A DNA stretch of 31,340 nt from a virus. The DNA is taken from IMG/VR virus record IMGVR_UViG_3300025117_000025, one strand, 5' to 3'. A model generated the notes under the pieces. That model was given only the letters and a program-made list of their open reading frames with translations, was not told the DNA's origin and made no database searches. The translations under genes were made by a program, and so were the position numbers. Of the stretch, positions 1-7,703 are shown in pieces (the stretch's first letter is position 1; every line of letters begins with the position of its first letter).

Positions 1-127
1 CACACCGTATCAGTAGCCCCGTACTTTCGGAATCTCTCTGCACTCATTACTGATCGCATGAGATTCCTGACGCCAATCGCCGGGGCTTCGTCGGTAGACG
101 GCGACTCGTTCGCATAGGACATGAGGG
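1..127. repeat. Terminal duplication, copy 1 (identical to 31214..31340)
   Basis: 127/127 identity read directly. This is the overlap expected when a circular or terminally redundant molecule is assembled as a linear contig. Confidence 0.9.
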
Positions 128-203
128 TTTCAAAGATTTCATCGAGTTCTCTTTCGGCATCCTCGTGTCCTTCTACGGTTGTAAATAATCCAAATTTAAT
201 CAT
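1..203 (-). CDS. Hypothetical protein, N-terminal part of an 89-aa ORF that crosses the circular junction
   Basis: ATG at 203-201 is preceded by AAGGAG (217-212, 8-nt spacer). It reads MIKFGLFTTVEGHEDAERELDEIFETLMSYANES... and continues in frame into 31213..31147. Confidence 0.5.
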   Translation of the reverse strand, partial: MIKFGLFTTVEGHEDAERELDEIFETLMSYANESPSTDEAPAIGVRNLMRSVMSAERFRKYGATDTV

Positions 204-220
204 CGTTCATTCTCCTTTAG

Positions 221-1057
221 TTATTGTCGTACCCGCAGATCGTCGGGGAATTTTGCCATGTCACGCTCGACGTGTAGTTTAACTTTGCCTTCACCCCTGC
301 ATGTAGCGCAAAACGCGTAATCCCGATTGATTCCCACATTAACAAAAGCCTTGCCGTCGCAATCGGGACAAATATCACTTTCTATCTGTTTAACAAAACA
401 ATCCACGCCAGCTTCCCGGCACTGCCCCACGATGTCTCGCGCCCACTCCAGTTTCATCGGACGGCGACCGGGGCCAGACTCGCAGCCGATGATTACTTGA
501 TTAAGTCTCTGCAATTTAGTGTTAACGAATGGCATTTTGATTTCTGATAGCAATGGCTCCGCGCTGACGAACCGATACGCAGCCGGTGTCCTGAGCAGCC
601 ACGGGATGTTGCGGTCGGCATCGGCTTGCATGGACACGGACACACCGAGACGGATATTTTCGTAAAATCCCATGTGCCAGAATTCAATAAGGGAATACAT
701 CCTTTGTGGACGCTTGGTTAATATCATAAATATGTGTCGAGGAGTTCCACGCATGACATTCCAAACATCCCATATAAACTCATCCGGCACATCCTCATGG
801 AATAGATCGCTCATGCTGCAAACGAAAATCTTGGTGGGCTTCCGCCAATGCAGCGGTTGATCTAAGCGGTCGGGATGTAACGTCACCTTGAAATTGTCCG
901 GTGCAGGCGGGTATCCGGCACGTCCGGCAAGGCGTTTACTCATGCGCTTGGCGTAGCAGAAACGGCAGCCCTCTGCAATCTGAGAGCATCCTGTCACGGG
1001 ATTCCAGCTCTTGCCGTCTGAACCATCATCGTTTTTCGTCCATTCGATTTTTGTCAT
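221..1057 (-). CDS. DUF5131 / phage Gp37-Gp68 family three-Cys-motif protein with a C-terminal DnaJ-type zinc-finger extension
   Basis: N-terminus IEWT..SWNPVTGCSQIAEGCRFCYA (Cx6Cx2C). Further family-typical blocks are SMSDLFHEDVP, ILTKRP, SAEPLL, GCESGPGRRPM and FVKQ. The extra tail is CPDCDGKA...CATCRGEG. Confidence 0.85.
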   Translation of the reverse strand: MTKIEWTKNDDGSDGKSWNPVTGCSQIAEGCRFCYAKRMSKRLAGRAGYPPAPDNFKVTLHPDRLDQPLHWRKPTKIFVCSMSDLFHEDVPDEFIWDVWNVMRGTPRHIFMILTKRPQRMYSLIEFWHMGFYENIRLGVSVSMQADADRNIPWLLRTPAAYRFVSAEPLLSEIKMPFVNTKLQRLNQVIIGCESGPGRRPMKLEWARDIVGQCREAGVDCFVKQIESDICPDCDGKAFVNVGINRDYAFCATCRGEGKVKLHVERDMAKFPDDLRVRQ

Positions 1058-1332
1058 GCTAATCCCCTCGTATCATCGATGTATACAACCTTGCGGTTCT
1101 CCTCGTGCCACTGCCGCAGGGCGTTTACTTCCAGGATAAATTTTTCTTTATAACCGGACGGGCTTATTTGTTTTTGGTTAAAATGAAGCGTATAAAACAG
1201 TCCCCCATAGGGACCTAATATCTTTTTCATCACCAGCCCGTTCGCCCGCGCCCACTGCCTGACCTGCTTCAGCGTTGTCATCGGTTTGTAGTCGTTCATG
1301 ATTGATACTACCCAAAAATTGAATTCTACCAC
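1054..1332 (-). CDS. Hypothetical protein
   Basis: Co-oriented ORF overlapping the downstream gene by 4 nt. The track start is GTG; an alternative ATG at 1299 gives MNDYKPM... Confidence 0.5.
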   Translation of the reverse strand: MVEFNFWVVSIMNDYKPMTTLKQVRQWARANGLVMKKILGPYGGLFYTLHFNQKQISPSGYKEKFILEVNALRQWHEENRKVVYIDDTRGLA

Positions 1333-1344
1333 CAGAGGGAAATG

Positions 1345-1620
1345 TTATAGTATCCTGAGTTTGCTTAAAATCAATACCTCCACAAGTTCGACCCTGATTG
1401 CTTTTAAATCTTCCTGTCGCCAAATGCGCTTGAGTTCGGAATCGCGTTGGGCTTGGGTTAATGAATCAACACCACCGGGATATTCTCGCCCGTTCATAAA
1501 TATATCCAATATGGCATTATTGGCTTGCCTTTTAGTCCGATAAAATTCACCCCAAAGCCACGACTTTTCGCCCGACATTGACATTACTCCCCAACCGATT
1601 GTTTTTCTATAGTCTGTCAT
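1345..1620 (-). CDS. Hypothetical protein
   Basis: ATG at 1620 overlaps the upstream stop as ATGA, which suggests translational coupling. Confidence 0.5.
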   Translation of the reverse strand: MTDYRKTIGWGVMSMSGEKSWLWGEFYRTKRQANNAILDIFMNGREYPGGVDSLTQAQRDSELKRIWRQEDLKAIRVELVEVLILSKLRIL

Positions 1621-1862
1621 TTCGTCACCACTTCATCCGCGTAATAATTAATTTGTGATTCTGCCCTTACTTTAAATTGCCGTATACTCCCTGCCTCGTC
1701 CGACACTACCACGATAACTTCCTCGCCCTCTGCAACCGTGTAATCGCCCGTATCCCACGCCTCCACATAATCGGCGGCAGCTTGCTCCATGCTGTGATAG
1801 CCAATCATGTCGGTCGCATCGTCCGGTTCTTGGTGTTCTTTTATGTAACATTTGTAATCCAT
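1617..1862 (-). CDS. Hypothetical acidic protein
   Basis: ORF in the operon direction. I preferred ATG at 1862 over the track's GTG at 1865. It overlaps the upstream stop (TGATG). Confidence 0.5.
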   Translation of the reverse strand: MDYKCYIKEHQEPDDATDMIGYHSMEQAAADYVEAWDTGDYTVAEGEEVIVVVSDEAGSIRQFKVRAESQINYYADEVVTK

Positions 1863-1993
1863 CACGATTTCGCCACCTCTCTTATCGCGTCCTCGATAGC
1901 TTTCGGCTCCATCTCAAGTTCCTTCGCAAGCTCTTTAACCGAAAAGCCGTAGCAGAACGCCGCGAATATGATTCGTTGCATGTTCCAGGTCAT
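1862..1993 (-). CDS. Small (43 aa) HTH-like protein, below the ORF-track size cutoff
   Basis: My translation is MTWNMQRIIFAAFCYGFSVKELAKELEMEPKAIEDAIREVAKS. It has ATGA overlap with the upstream stop at 1990-1993 and fills an otherwise unexplained 125-nt gap. Confidence 0.35.
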   Translation of the reverse strand: MTWNMQRIIFAAFCYGFSVKELAKELEMEPKAIEDAIREVAKS

Positions 1994-2319
1994 GGGGTCA
2001 CCTCACGCCGTAGAACGAAGTCGGGGCAGGCACGAGTATGTGGCTCGGTTGGTCGTGTCGGCTTTGTTGAACAACCACAATCAACCAGCATTCTTGTGCC
2101 TGTGTCGTTATCTGACACTTCATCTGTAAACCAGAAATATCCGCATTCGATACATCTGTGGCTCTCGTAGTCAGACACCTTAGTCAAATCTGCGTTGAGC
2201 AATTCCAACTTCTTCCCCTCGTAATCAAGGAAACCTAGCTGGCATTGCGCTACGATCTGGTAGAAGTCCACCAGTCGTGTGAACTTATACATGAATCTTT
2301 CAAACTGTTCGTCTGTCAT
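1990..2319 (-). CDS. Hypothetical Cys-rich protein
   Basis: ATG start, co-oriented. It carries CIECG ... CGC motifs. Confidence 0.5.
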   Translation of the reverse strand: MTDEQFERFMYKFTRLVDFYQIVAQCQLGFLDYEGKKLELLNADLTKVSDYESHRCIECGYFWFTDEVSDNDTGTRMLVDCGCSTKPTRPTEPHTRACPDFVLRREVTP

Positions 2320-2321
2320 TT

Positions 2322-2684
2322 CTATTCGACCTCCTCGACGTGTAGCCAGCGCGTCACCGACTCCGGTAGTGTGCCAGCGTGGTAGGCTTCATATGTGAGT
2401 TTCTTGATACCATCCATTGTACCTTTCCCCAAGTCTGGTACGATATAATGTCCAGGATATGATGGATCACTAGATTCCCATGCTTCCACCCACCCGACCA
2501 GCCGGACGGTGCATGTGCCCGTGCCGTGGCATTTCGGGCATGGATGAGACTTTCCACCCAAACGTCGAGAATCATACGCTAACTTGTGACCCAAACAAGA
2601 TTTACAAACAACCTCCCACGGCTTACTCACGACCGGCATGAGCAATCCCACGACCTCCGACGGGTGCGGTGTGTTATTGGTCAT
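2322..2684 (-). CDS. DnaJ-type (CxxCxGxG) zinc-finger protein
   Basis: CKSCLGHK ... CPKCHGTGTC. Confidence 0.55.
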   Translation of the reverse strand: MTNNTPHPSEVVGLLMPVVSKPWEVVCKSCLGHKLAYDSRRLGGKSHPCPKCHGTGTCTVRLVGWVEAWESSDPSYPGHYIVPDLGKGTMDGIKKLTYEAYHAGTLPESVTRWLHVEEVE

Positions 2685-3060
2685 CGGGTTTGTCCTCCAC
2701 GAATTTGGCGGTTAGACCGAGGTCTGCAAGATAATCGTTAGCTCTGTCTTTTGCTTCTTGTTCCGTCGCTTCTGCCAAATGAATCCTCAATTTACTACCT
2801 GATTTTGTTTTAATTACATATCCCCACATATCCTTGTAGGGACCAACTTTAATCAGATAGACATTCGTTTCCAGCGTCCCCCGGCAACTGGCTTCGAGGG
2901 CGGCGCGGTGGGTTTCCAATAGTTTGACAAGTTTTCGTCTTGCCGACTCGTTCGCAGTCTGGTCAGGAGCCGTTATCCCGTATGAATTTTCATCAGCCCA
3001 ATCCATTAAATCGTCGGCAAGGGGTTCCCATCGTTCTTCAAACGTTATTGTCTTTTCCAT
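2674..3060 (-). CDS. Hypothetical protein
   Basis: ATG start, co-oriented, overlaps neighbouring genes. Confidence 0.5.
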   Translation of the reverse strand: MEKTITFEERWEPLADDLMDWADENSYGITAPDQTANESARRKLVKLLETHRAALEASCRGTLETNVYLIKVGPYKDMWGYVIKTKSGSKLRIHLAEATEQEAKDRANDYLADLGLTAKFVEDKPDDQ

Positions 3061-3235
3061 CGTTAGCCTCCGGTTTCCGTAATATCGACTCTAAATCTGC
3101 CGGTGTTTGCGTCGTGTCTGCCGGGTATGACGTGTTGAAAACAATAGTAATCGGCGGCGGTCCCGAATACCCGCAGCATCCGCATCCTATTCCGTGAGAA
3201 GTATTCGACGCATTACAGTTAGGGCATATCCACAT
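3038..3235 (-). CDS. Small zinc-ribbon protein
   Basis: MWICPNCNASNTSHGIGCGCCG. ATG at 3235 overlaps the upstream stop by 1 nt. The track's longer start at 3277 would overlap the MazG-like gene by 42 nt. Confidence 0.45.
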   Translation of the reverse strand: MWICPNCNASNTSHGIGCGCCGYSGPPPITIVFNTSYPADTTQTPADLESILRKPEANDGKDNNV

Positions 3236-3519
3236 CAGAGCATCTCCTCTTGCAATCGCATGATAAACCGCACACACATAGCAGCGGTTTGCGTCGCCTC
3301 GTTAATCATGTCATCAACGGTCGCCTTATCGAAAAAGCGATTGTCCACGACGGCCTTCTGGAGTTCGCCAAACTCCTCCCCGATAATCGCCACAGCATGC
3401 AGCGGGTCTACTGGCCAGAGAGGGAATTTACGCATCGCTGCTTTAACCTCTGCGGTAATATCGTAGGACGTTTCCATCATCAGGCATTCATCCTGTCTTG
3501 TTTCATCCGGTCGTTTCAT
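3235..3519 (-). CDS. MazG-like nucleotide pyrophosphohydrolase domain protein
   Basis: ~90 aa all-helical size with AIIGEEFGELQKAV, which matches the EExGE metal-binding signature of MazG/dimeric dUTPase-like folds. Confidence 0.6.
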   Translation of the reverse strand: MKRPDETRQDECLMMETSYDITAEVKAAMRKFPLWPVDPLHAVAIIGEEFGELQKAVVDNRFFDKATVDDMINEATQTAAMCVRFIMRLQEEML

Positions 3520-3913
3520 CTGGCGTCACCTCCTGCACCTTTCGGTTAAATTCGCATTCCGCATACTTGCATGTTTCAGGTTCACACGTTACCGCATCAA
3601 ACTGACATGCGGGCCACGTATATGGACGCGTCACCTCCACCAGCTTGCGCGCTTTCACGGCGGGGCACGCGGGGTTGGTGCAGAAATACTGCTCTATGAT
3701 TCCTTCAATATAATTCCTGATAGCACCACAAAATATACATCTCATGTGCGGGCCCGAATCGCAGAAATCGGTTTTGCGCCAAAGCGGATTTGTCAACCCC
3801 CTCACGCACGCCTCAAGCTCTGCAATGCGGTCTGTCAGCGCGGTTAGTTCTGTGAGGGCTTCATCCTGCCAGTCACACTTTTCGATAAGCAGTTCTATCG
3901 CTTCTGTTTTCAT
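3503..3913 (-). CDS. Hypothetical zinc-ribbon protein, paralogous module with 4357..5199
   Basis: Carries RIAELEACVRGL ... CIFCG ... FCTNPACPAVKARKL. The same blocks recur in the 280-aa ORF. Confidence 0.5.
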   Translation of the reverse strand: MKTEAIELLIEKCDWQDEALTELTALTDRIAELEACVRGLTNPLWRKTDFCDSGPHMRCIFCGAIRNYIEGIIEQYFCTNPACPAVKARKLVEVTRPYTWPACQFDAVTCEPETCKYAECEFNRKVQEVTPDETTG

Positions 3914-3923
3914 GGTTATGGCG

Positions 3924-4373
3924 TCACTTCCAGGTTGTCGGGTTCTTTAACTCTGCATGGACATGCTCAGGATTGATCGGCCCCTTGTGATAGACCCGGA
4001 AATCAAGCCCTTCCAGAATCTTCACCATCTCCGCCTTCTGCTTTTTGATTCGCGTTGTGAGGCTTTTATCAGGCGCATAGAATCCCTCGATGTCGATCCC
4101 GTAGCTCCCGGTCGTACGGTCAGGCCATGCCTTGAAATCTGGGTATGTCCCGTCGCTGTGCCGGGATGTTTTGTTGACCTTCCGCATCTTGCGGTTATTT
4201 CGGATCCCCCGCGTCGCAAGTTTCGTGTAGCCGTTCTCTTTCAGCCACAGGCAGAGGGCTTCCATCAGCGGGGCGAACTTCGGGTTCACCTTCCGGGCGT
4301 TCGCTGATAGCACCTTGCCCTGGAAAACCTTGATCTCGATCCCGTGGTCATTGAAATTAACTGGTCCGTTCAT
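3924..4373 (-). CDS. LAS-family zinc metallopeptidase (peptidase M15-like), endolysin candidate
   Basis: SRHSDGTYPD gives Hx6D and EHVH gives HxH, the two LAS metal-ligand motifs. Size is ~150 aa. ATG at 4373 (MNGPVNF...) preferred over the longer track start. Confidence 0.55.
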   Translation of the reverse strand: MNGPVNFNDHGIEIKVFQGKVLSANARKVNPKFAPLMEALCLWLKENGYTKLATRGIRNNRKMRKVNKTSRHSDGTYPDFKAWPDRTTGSYGIDIEGFYAPDKSLTTRIKKQKAEMVKILEGLDFRVYHKGPINPEHVHAELKNPTTWK

Positions 4374-5199
4374 CGTGTGTCTCCTCATCGTCGATTGCCT
4401 TCCACAGATGCACATCGTCCATGCGCTTGACCTCAAACGACCGCTTGCACTGTCGGCATTTGATTACTTTCCTGAGAGTGAAAACCGCCTTATCATAGAC
4501 ATCGCTGCTCCGGCAGCCGAAAGGGCAGTAAACCCGGACGAAATCATGCCTATTAACAACGCCCTCGTGAACAAAGCCGGCAGGATCAACTCTAAGCCCA
4601 GTCTGCCAGCCGATAGGTTCGAGCCGGTAGTCTACCCCTGCCGGAGCCGGGATCGTCGCTTGTGGGGCACTTGGGAGCGTCAGGTTTCGGGCTTTGACGG
4701 CTGGACAATCGGGATTCTGGCAAAAAGTATGATTCTCTTTGTCCTGACGTCCGCAAACACCGCATCGATAAATTGCCCTACCGTCGTCGAATTCATCCCA
4801 ATTATCAAGACAAGCGAATGCCATTGTCCCCCTTTCGGTATGTTCATTTAATCCGCTCACAATTGCTTCCAACTCTGCAACTCGCGACGCATCCTGGACG
4901 CCGTCCTCAGTCAGTAGCTGGCCTTTCGGTTCAACCTCTATCATCGTCGAATCGGGATACTTATCGCTGAATTCATCAACAAGGTGTGGAAGTTTGAAAT
5001 ATTGCTCCCATGTCAGGCCGTCTGGACGTGGATAAATATCGTCGATGTATTGCCCGGTATATGCGTTTTTCATCCAATCTGGCATGAGTCCAGGTGATAA
5101 ATCTTCTACCTTAATTTCCTTCAGAAGCTCGACCTTGAACCGTTGCATTGCTTGCACCAGTTCCCAGCCAAGCCGGAGTAACTCAGGGTTTGTGCTCAT
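4357..5199 (-). CDS. Hypothetical multi-zinc-ribbon protein
   Basis: RVAELEAIVSGL ... CGVCG ... FCQNPDCPAVKARNL, plus CPFGC and CRQCKRSF. Confidence 0.55.
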   Translation of the reverse strand: MSTNPELLRLGWELVQAMQRFKVELLKEIKVEDLSPGLMPDWMKNAYTGQYIDDIYPRPDGLTWEQYFKLPHLVDEFSDKYPDSTMIEVEPKGQLLTEDGVQDASRVAELEAIVSGLNEHTERGTMAFACLDNWDEFDDGRAIYRCGVCGRQDKENHTFCQNPDCPAVKARNLTLPSAPQATIPAPAGVDYRLEPIGWQTGLRVDPAGFVHEGVVNRHDFVRVYCPFGCRSSDVYDKAVFTLRKVIKCRQCKRSFEVKRMDDVHLWKAIDDEETHDERTS

Positions 5200-5525
5200 G
5201 TCTTTTTCCCCCTGCCTTTGATCGTGACCGGTTCATGTCCTGGCAAACTCGTTGAGATTGTCGTGGAGTTCCCTTCCGGCATGGACTCGCAGGTATCGAT
5301 TAATTCCTTGACGGCTTCGATGACCTTTGGAGTCACTTCCCCGGTGTCACGGTTGAATAGCGTCGGCTCAATGTCGACCGTAATGGTGACGTTCCCGCCG
5401 ATGGTGAACCGCTCCGCATTGCCCACATCCATTTTGATCGTGGACGTTCTTTTCTCGGACAGCACCTTGATACTGTCGCACTCCTCGCCCTCTGTTACCT
5501 CGATGATTCTGCCTTCAATTTTCAT
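5196..5525 (-). CDS. Hypothetical protein
   Basis: ATG start with 4-nt overlaps on both sides. Confidence 0.5.
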   Translation of the reverse strand: MKIEGRIIEVTEGEECDSIKVLSEKRTSTIKMDVGNAERFTIGGNVTITVDIEPTLFNRDTGEVTPKVIEAVKELIDTCESMPEGNSTTISTSLPGHEPVTIKGRGKKT

Positions 5526-5743
5526 TGTGGTTTGTCCTTTTTCATCTTGATGTATTGGTCGATTAACTTCCGGTACATTTTCGTCTGGAAGTTTTCGTTA
5601 ACGTAATCGATGAGATAATCCAGCCTGATGGATTCCAAGATTCGCCACTTAATGCCGTTGTGATACCCATGCAGGTAGCCCAAAAAGTAGCAGCTGATAA
5701 TGATAGTGAGTAATCCCCCGGCGATCCAAAAGTTGTCAGTCAT
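5522..5743 (-). CDS. Small membrane protein
   Basis: N-terminal hydrophobic helix FWIAGGLLTIIISCYFLGYL. Confidence 0.5.
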   Translation of the reverse strand: MTDNFWIAGGLLTIIISCYFLGYLHGYHNGIKWRILESIRLDYLIDYVNENFQTKMYRKLIDQYIKMKKDKPQ

Positions 5744-6077
5744 GCGGAACCTCCATAATTATGACGTTTCCCTTGCCGACATAATCTTCCACCTTTTGGA
5801 TTACTTCCGCGAAAGTAGCCGGTTGCTTTGTTTCAAGCTCATGGATTAAATCTTTAGGATGCGCAAATTCGTGCGTCCAGACAGGACGCCCCAGCAATCC
5901 CTCGAATCGTTTGTGCATATCGGAGAATGGGACGGTTGTAATTTCCGCCTCAACCCACATTTTGAGTTCTGCCAATCGCCCTTCATGTGTTGTAGGAATC
6001 ACAGATTTAAGTATCTCCATGCAACCCGGACACCAATCATCCTGAGTTGTTTTATGTTTCGGACATGTGTAAATCAT
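5736..6077 (-). CDS. Hypothetical protein (N-terminal CPKH..CPGC)
   Basis: ATG start, co-oriented, overlaps neighbours. Confidence 0.5.
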   Translation of the reverse strand: MIYTCPKHKTTQDDWCPGCMEILKSVIPTTHEGRLAELKMWVEAEITTVPFSDMHKRFEGLLGRPVWTHEFAHPKDLIHELETKQPATFAEVIQKVEDYVGKGNVIIMEVPHD

Positions 6078-6517
6078 AACGTCGCCTCCATGAATTCTGT
6101 CCAGTCCCGTTCGTAAATCTGGACATTAGTATGTGCGCTCTTATGTGCGTCGATGAATACATATCCCGCCGTGATTTGCAGGATGTCCTTATCGTCCCGG
6201 TACGCGATTCCATTCAGCGCGTCGCATACACTTTTCACCACGTTATCGATGTCCGGCCTGCGTCGCGGTTCCTCGATTCGATCCGCTTTCGTTTTAAATT
6301 CTATCAGGCGAACCGGGATCGCGATGCTGATTTTAACGGTGCATTGCGACATCGGAGTTACCCCGGCCTGCGTCGCACACAGCTTGACCAGGGCTTCAAA
6401 GTTCCTTGTTTTCGGCGGGGTCGTAGTGACCGGGAATTTCCCGCCTGGGGGCATGAACGTCCGACCGCGCTGCTTGCCGACAGGATCACCGGGGATTGAA
6501 AATTCATACTGTCTCAT
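6074..6517 (-). CDS. rusA: RusA-family Holliday-junction resolvase
   Basis: FSIPGDPVGKQRGR ... RPDIDNVVKSVCDALNGIAYRDDKDILQI is the RusA catalytic-Asp region. ATG at 6517 is preceded by GGAGG. Confidence 0.8.
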   Translation of the reverse strand: MRQYEFSIPGDPVGKQRGRTFMPPGGKFPVTTTPPKTRNFEALVKLCATQAGVTPMSQCTVKISIAIPVRLIEFKTKADRIEEPRRRPDIDNVVKSVCDALNGIAYRDDKDILQITAGYVFIDAHKSAHTNVQIYERDWTEFMEATL

Positions 6518-6809
6518 TCGTGGCCTCCATCGCGGTGTCATATTCCTTGATCGCCTCAAACGCGATTCTCAAATGGTTTATGAATTCCCCCCGGATTCTA
6601 TTCTGTCGGCTATCGCGTAATGAACCGGACACAAACGACCGCTCCACCTTGACTTCATTGTCCGCGCATTTATCCCGTTCGCCCTCGATCAGACGGCGGA
6701 GAAGTTCTGCTCGCAGTTCGGACGGCTCTAACAACCCATCCGCACCCTGTAGCGTTCCAGATATTCGTTGAGCCAACTCCTCGTTGCTAAGTTTCGTCAG
6801 GTCTGTCAA
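6504..6809 (-). CDS. Hypothetical protein
   Basis: TTG start at 6809 is preceded by GGGGAGGTG with an 8-nt spacer. No early ATG is available. Confidence 0.45.
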   Translation of the reverse strand: MTDLTKLSNEELAQRISGTLQGADGLLEPSELRAELLRRLIEGERDKCADNEVKVERSFVSGSLRDSRQNRIRGEFINHLRIAFEAIKEYDTAMEATNETV

Positions 6810-7026
6810 GGTCGATCACCTCCCCGCTGTCCTGAATGAATTCATAGATCGCGGCATTGAAAGTCCGGCTGATTCCGAGCAGTTGCGTAATCAGCTTTTG
6901 CGTCGGATTCAGTTTGCCCGTTGCGATGAATTTAATCCGCTGCATTTTGTGCATGACCTCATCTGACCAGCCCCGGTCACATTTGAGCTCAATCGGTTCA
7001 TCGTTTGGATCTCTGAGTTCCATCAT
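6787..7026 (-). CDS. Hypothetical protein
   Basis: ATG at 7026 overlaps the upstream stop as ATGA, with AAGGGG upstream. Confidence 0.45.
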   Translation of the reverse strand: MMELRDPNDEPIELKCDRGWSDEVMHKMQRIKFIATGKLNPTQKLITQLLGISRTFNAAIYEFIQDSGEVIDLDRPDET

Positions 7027-7280
7027 TTCCACCCCTTCCACTTCTTAACCGCTGTCGCCAGCTTGTGCATCAGCGACGAGCCTTTGTCCGCCCAGACTTC
7101 CAGCGCGGGAGTCAGTAAGGACGTGAAGCAAGCTGATGAAATATCAGCTTCAACCATCGGAAGCATTCCCGCTTCGAGCATGATGTTCGCGGTCGGCATT
7201 ATTGTCGGCTCGAAAACCTGAGCGGTCAAGCTATCATCGTCCAGTTGGAAGATTTCAATCGTTGCGATTTTCGTTCTCAT
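7023..7280 (-). CDS. Hypothetical protein
   Basis: ATG start with 4-nt overlap. Confidence 0.45.
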   Translation of the reverse strand: MRTKIATIEIFQLDDDSLTAQVFEPTIMPTANIMLEAGMLPMVEADISSACFTSLLTPALEVWADKGSSLMHKLATAVKKWKGWK

Positions 7281-7558
7281 CGTGTTCCTCCTTGTAATTG
7301 ATCGAGTAATGTATTCATTTTCTTTGCCTGCTTATCTACCGCCCTAAAAACTCGTACTTGAATCTTGGGATCAAACTCGCATCCGCAATCCGGGCATTTC
7401 ACCGTATGCGTCCGCTTCGCTTTTTCGATAAGCGCGGTAACCGGATGCTTTTTCTTTTCGATGATTTCCCGACGTTTCGCCTTTTGGATTAGCGGACGAT
7501 CTTGGAAATGCTCCGAGCCGGGAATTTCGGGAAAGTCATCGGGTATTGCTATGCTCAT
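7277..7558 (-). CDS. Hypothetical protein with CPDCGC zinc knuckle
   Basis: ATG start, co-oriented. Confidence 0.45.
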   Translation of the reverse strand: MSIAIPDDFPEIPGSEHFQDRPLIQKAKRREIIEKKKHPVTALIEKAKRTHTVKCPDCGCEFDPKIQVRVFRAVDKQAKKMNTLLDQLQGGTR

Positions 7559-7703
7559 GTTTCATGTCCTCCGTGAGTTTGTGGATTCGACCCCGCCAGA
7601 ACGCCGTCGCCACAGCCCCGCCTGCTAACGTCGCGACGATGACAGCGAATACCAGCGTGGCGAGGATTTGAGCGGCGGTGAACGTGTCAAGGATTTCGGT
7701 CAT
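7536..7703 (-). CDS. Small (55 aa) single-pass membrane protein, below the ORF-track cutoff
   Basis: My translation is MTEILDTFTAAQILATLVFAVIVATLAGGAVATAFWRGRIHKLTEDMKHEHSNTR. It has ATGA overlap with the stop of 7700..8233. Confidence 0.35.
   Translation of the reverse strand: MTEILDTFTAAQILATLVFAVIVATLAGGAVATAFWRGRIHKLTEDMKHEHSNTR

Noticed and set aside
4315-4851. 178-aa plus-strand ORF (and similar ones at 8368-8925 and 6153-6620)
   Set aside because: These are antisense shadows of well-supported minus-strand genes. They have no RBS and no recognisable features.
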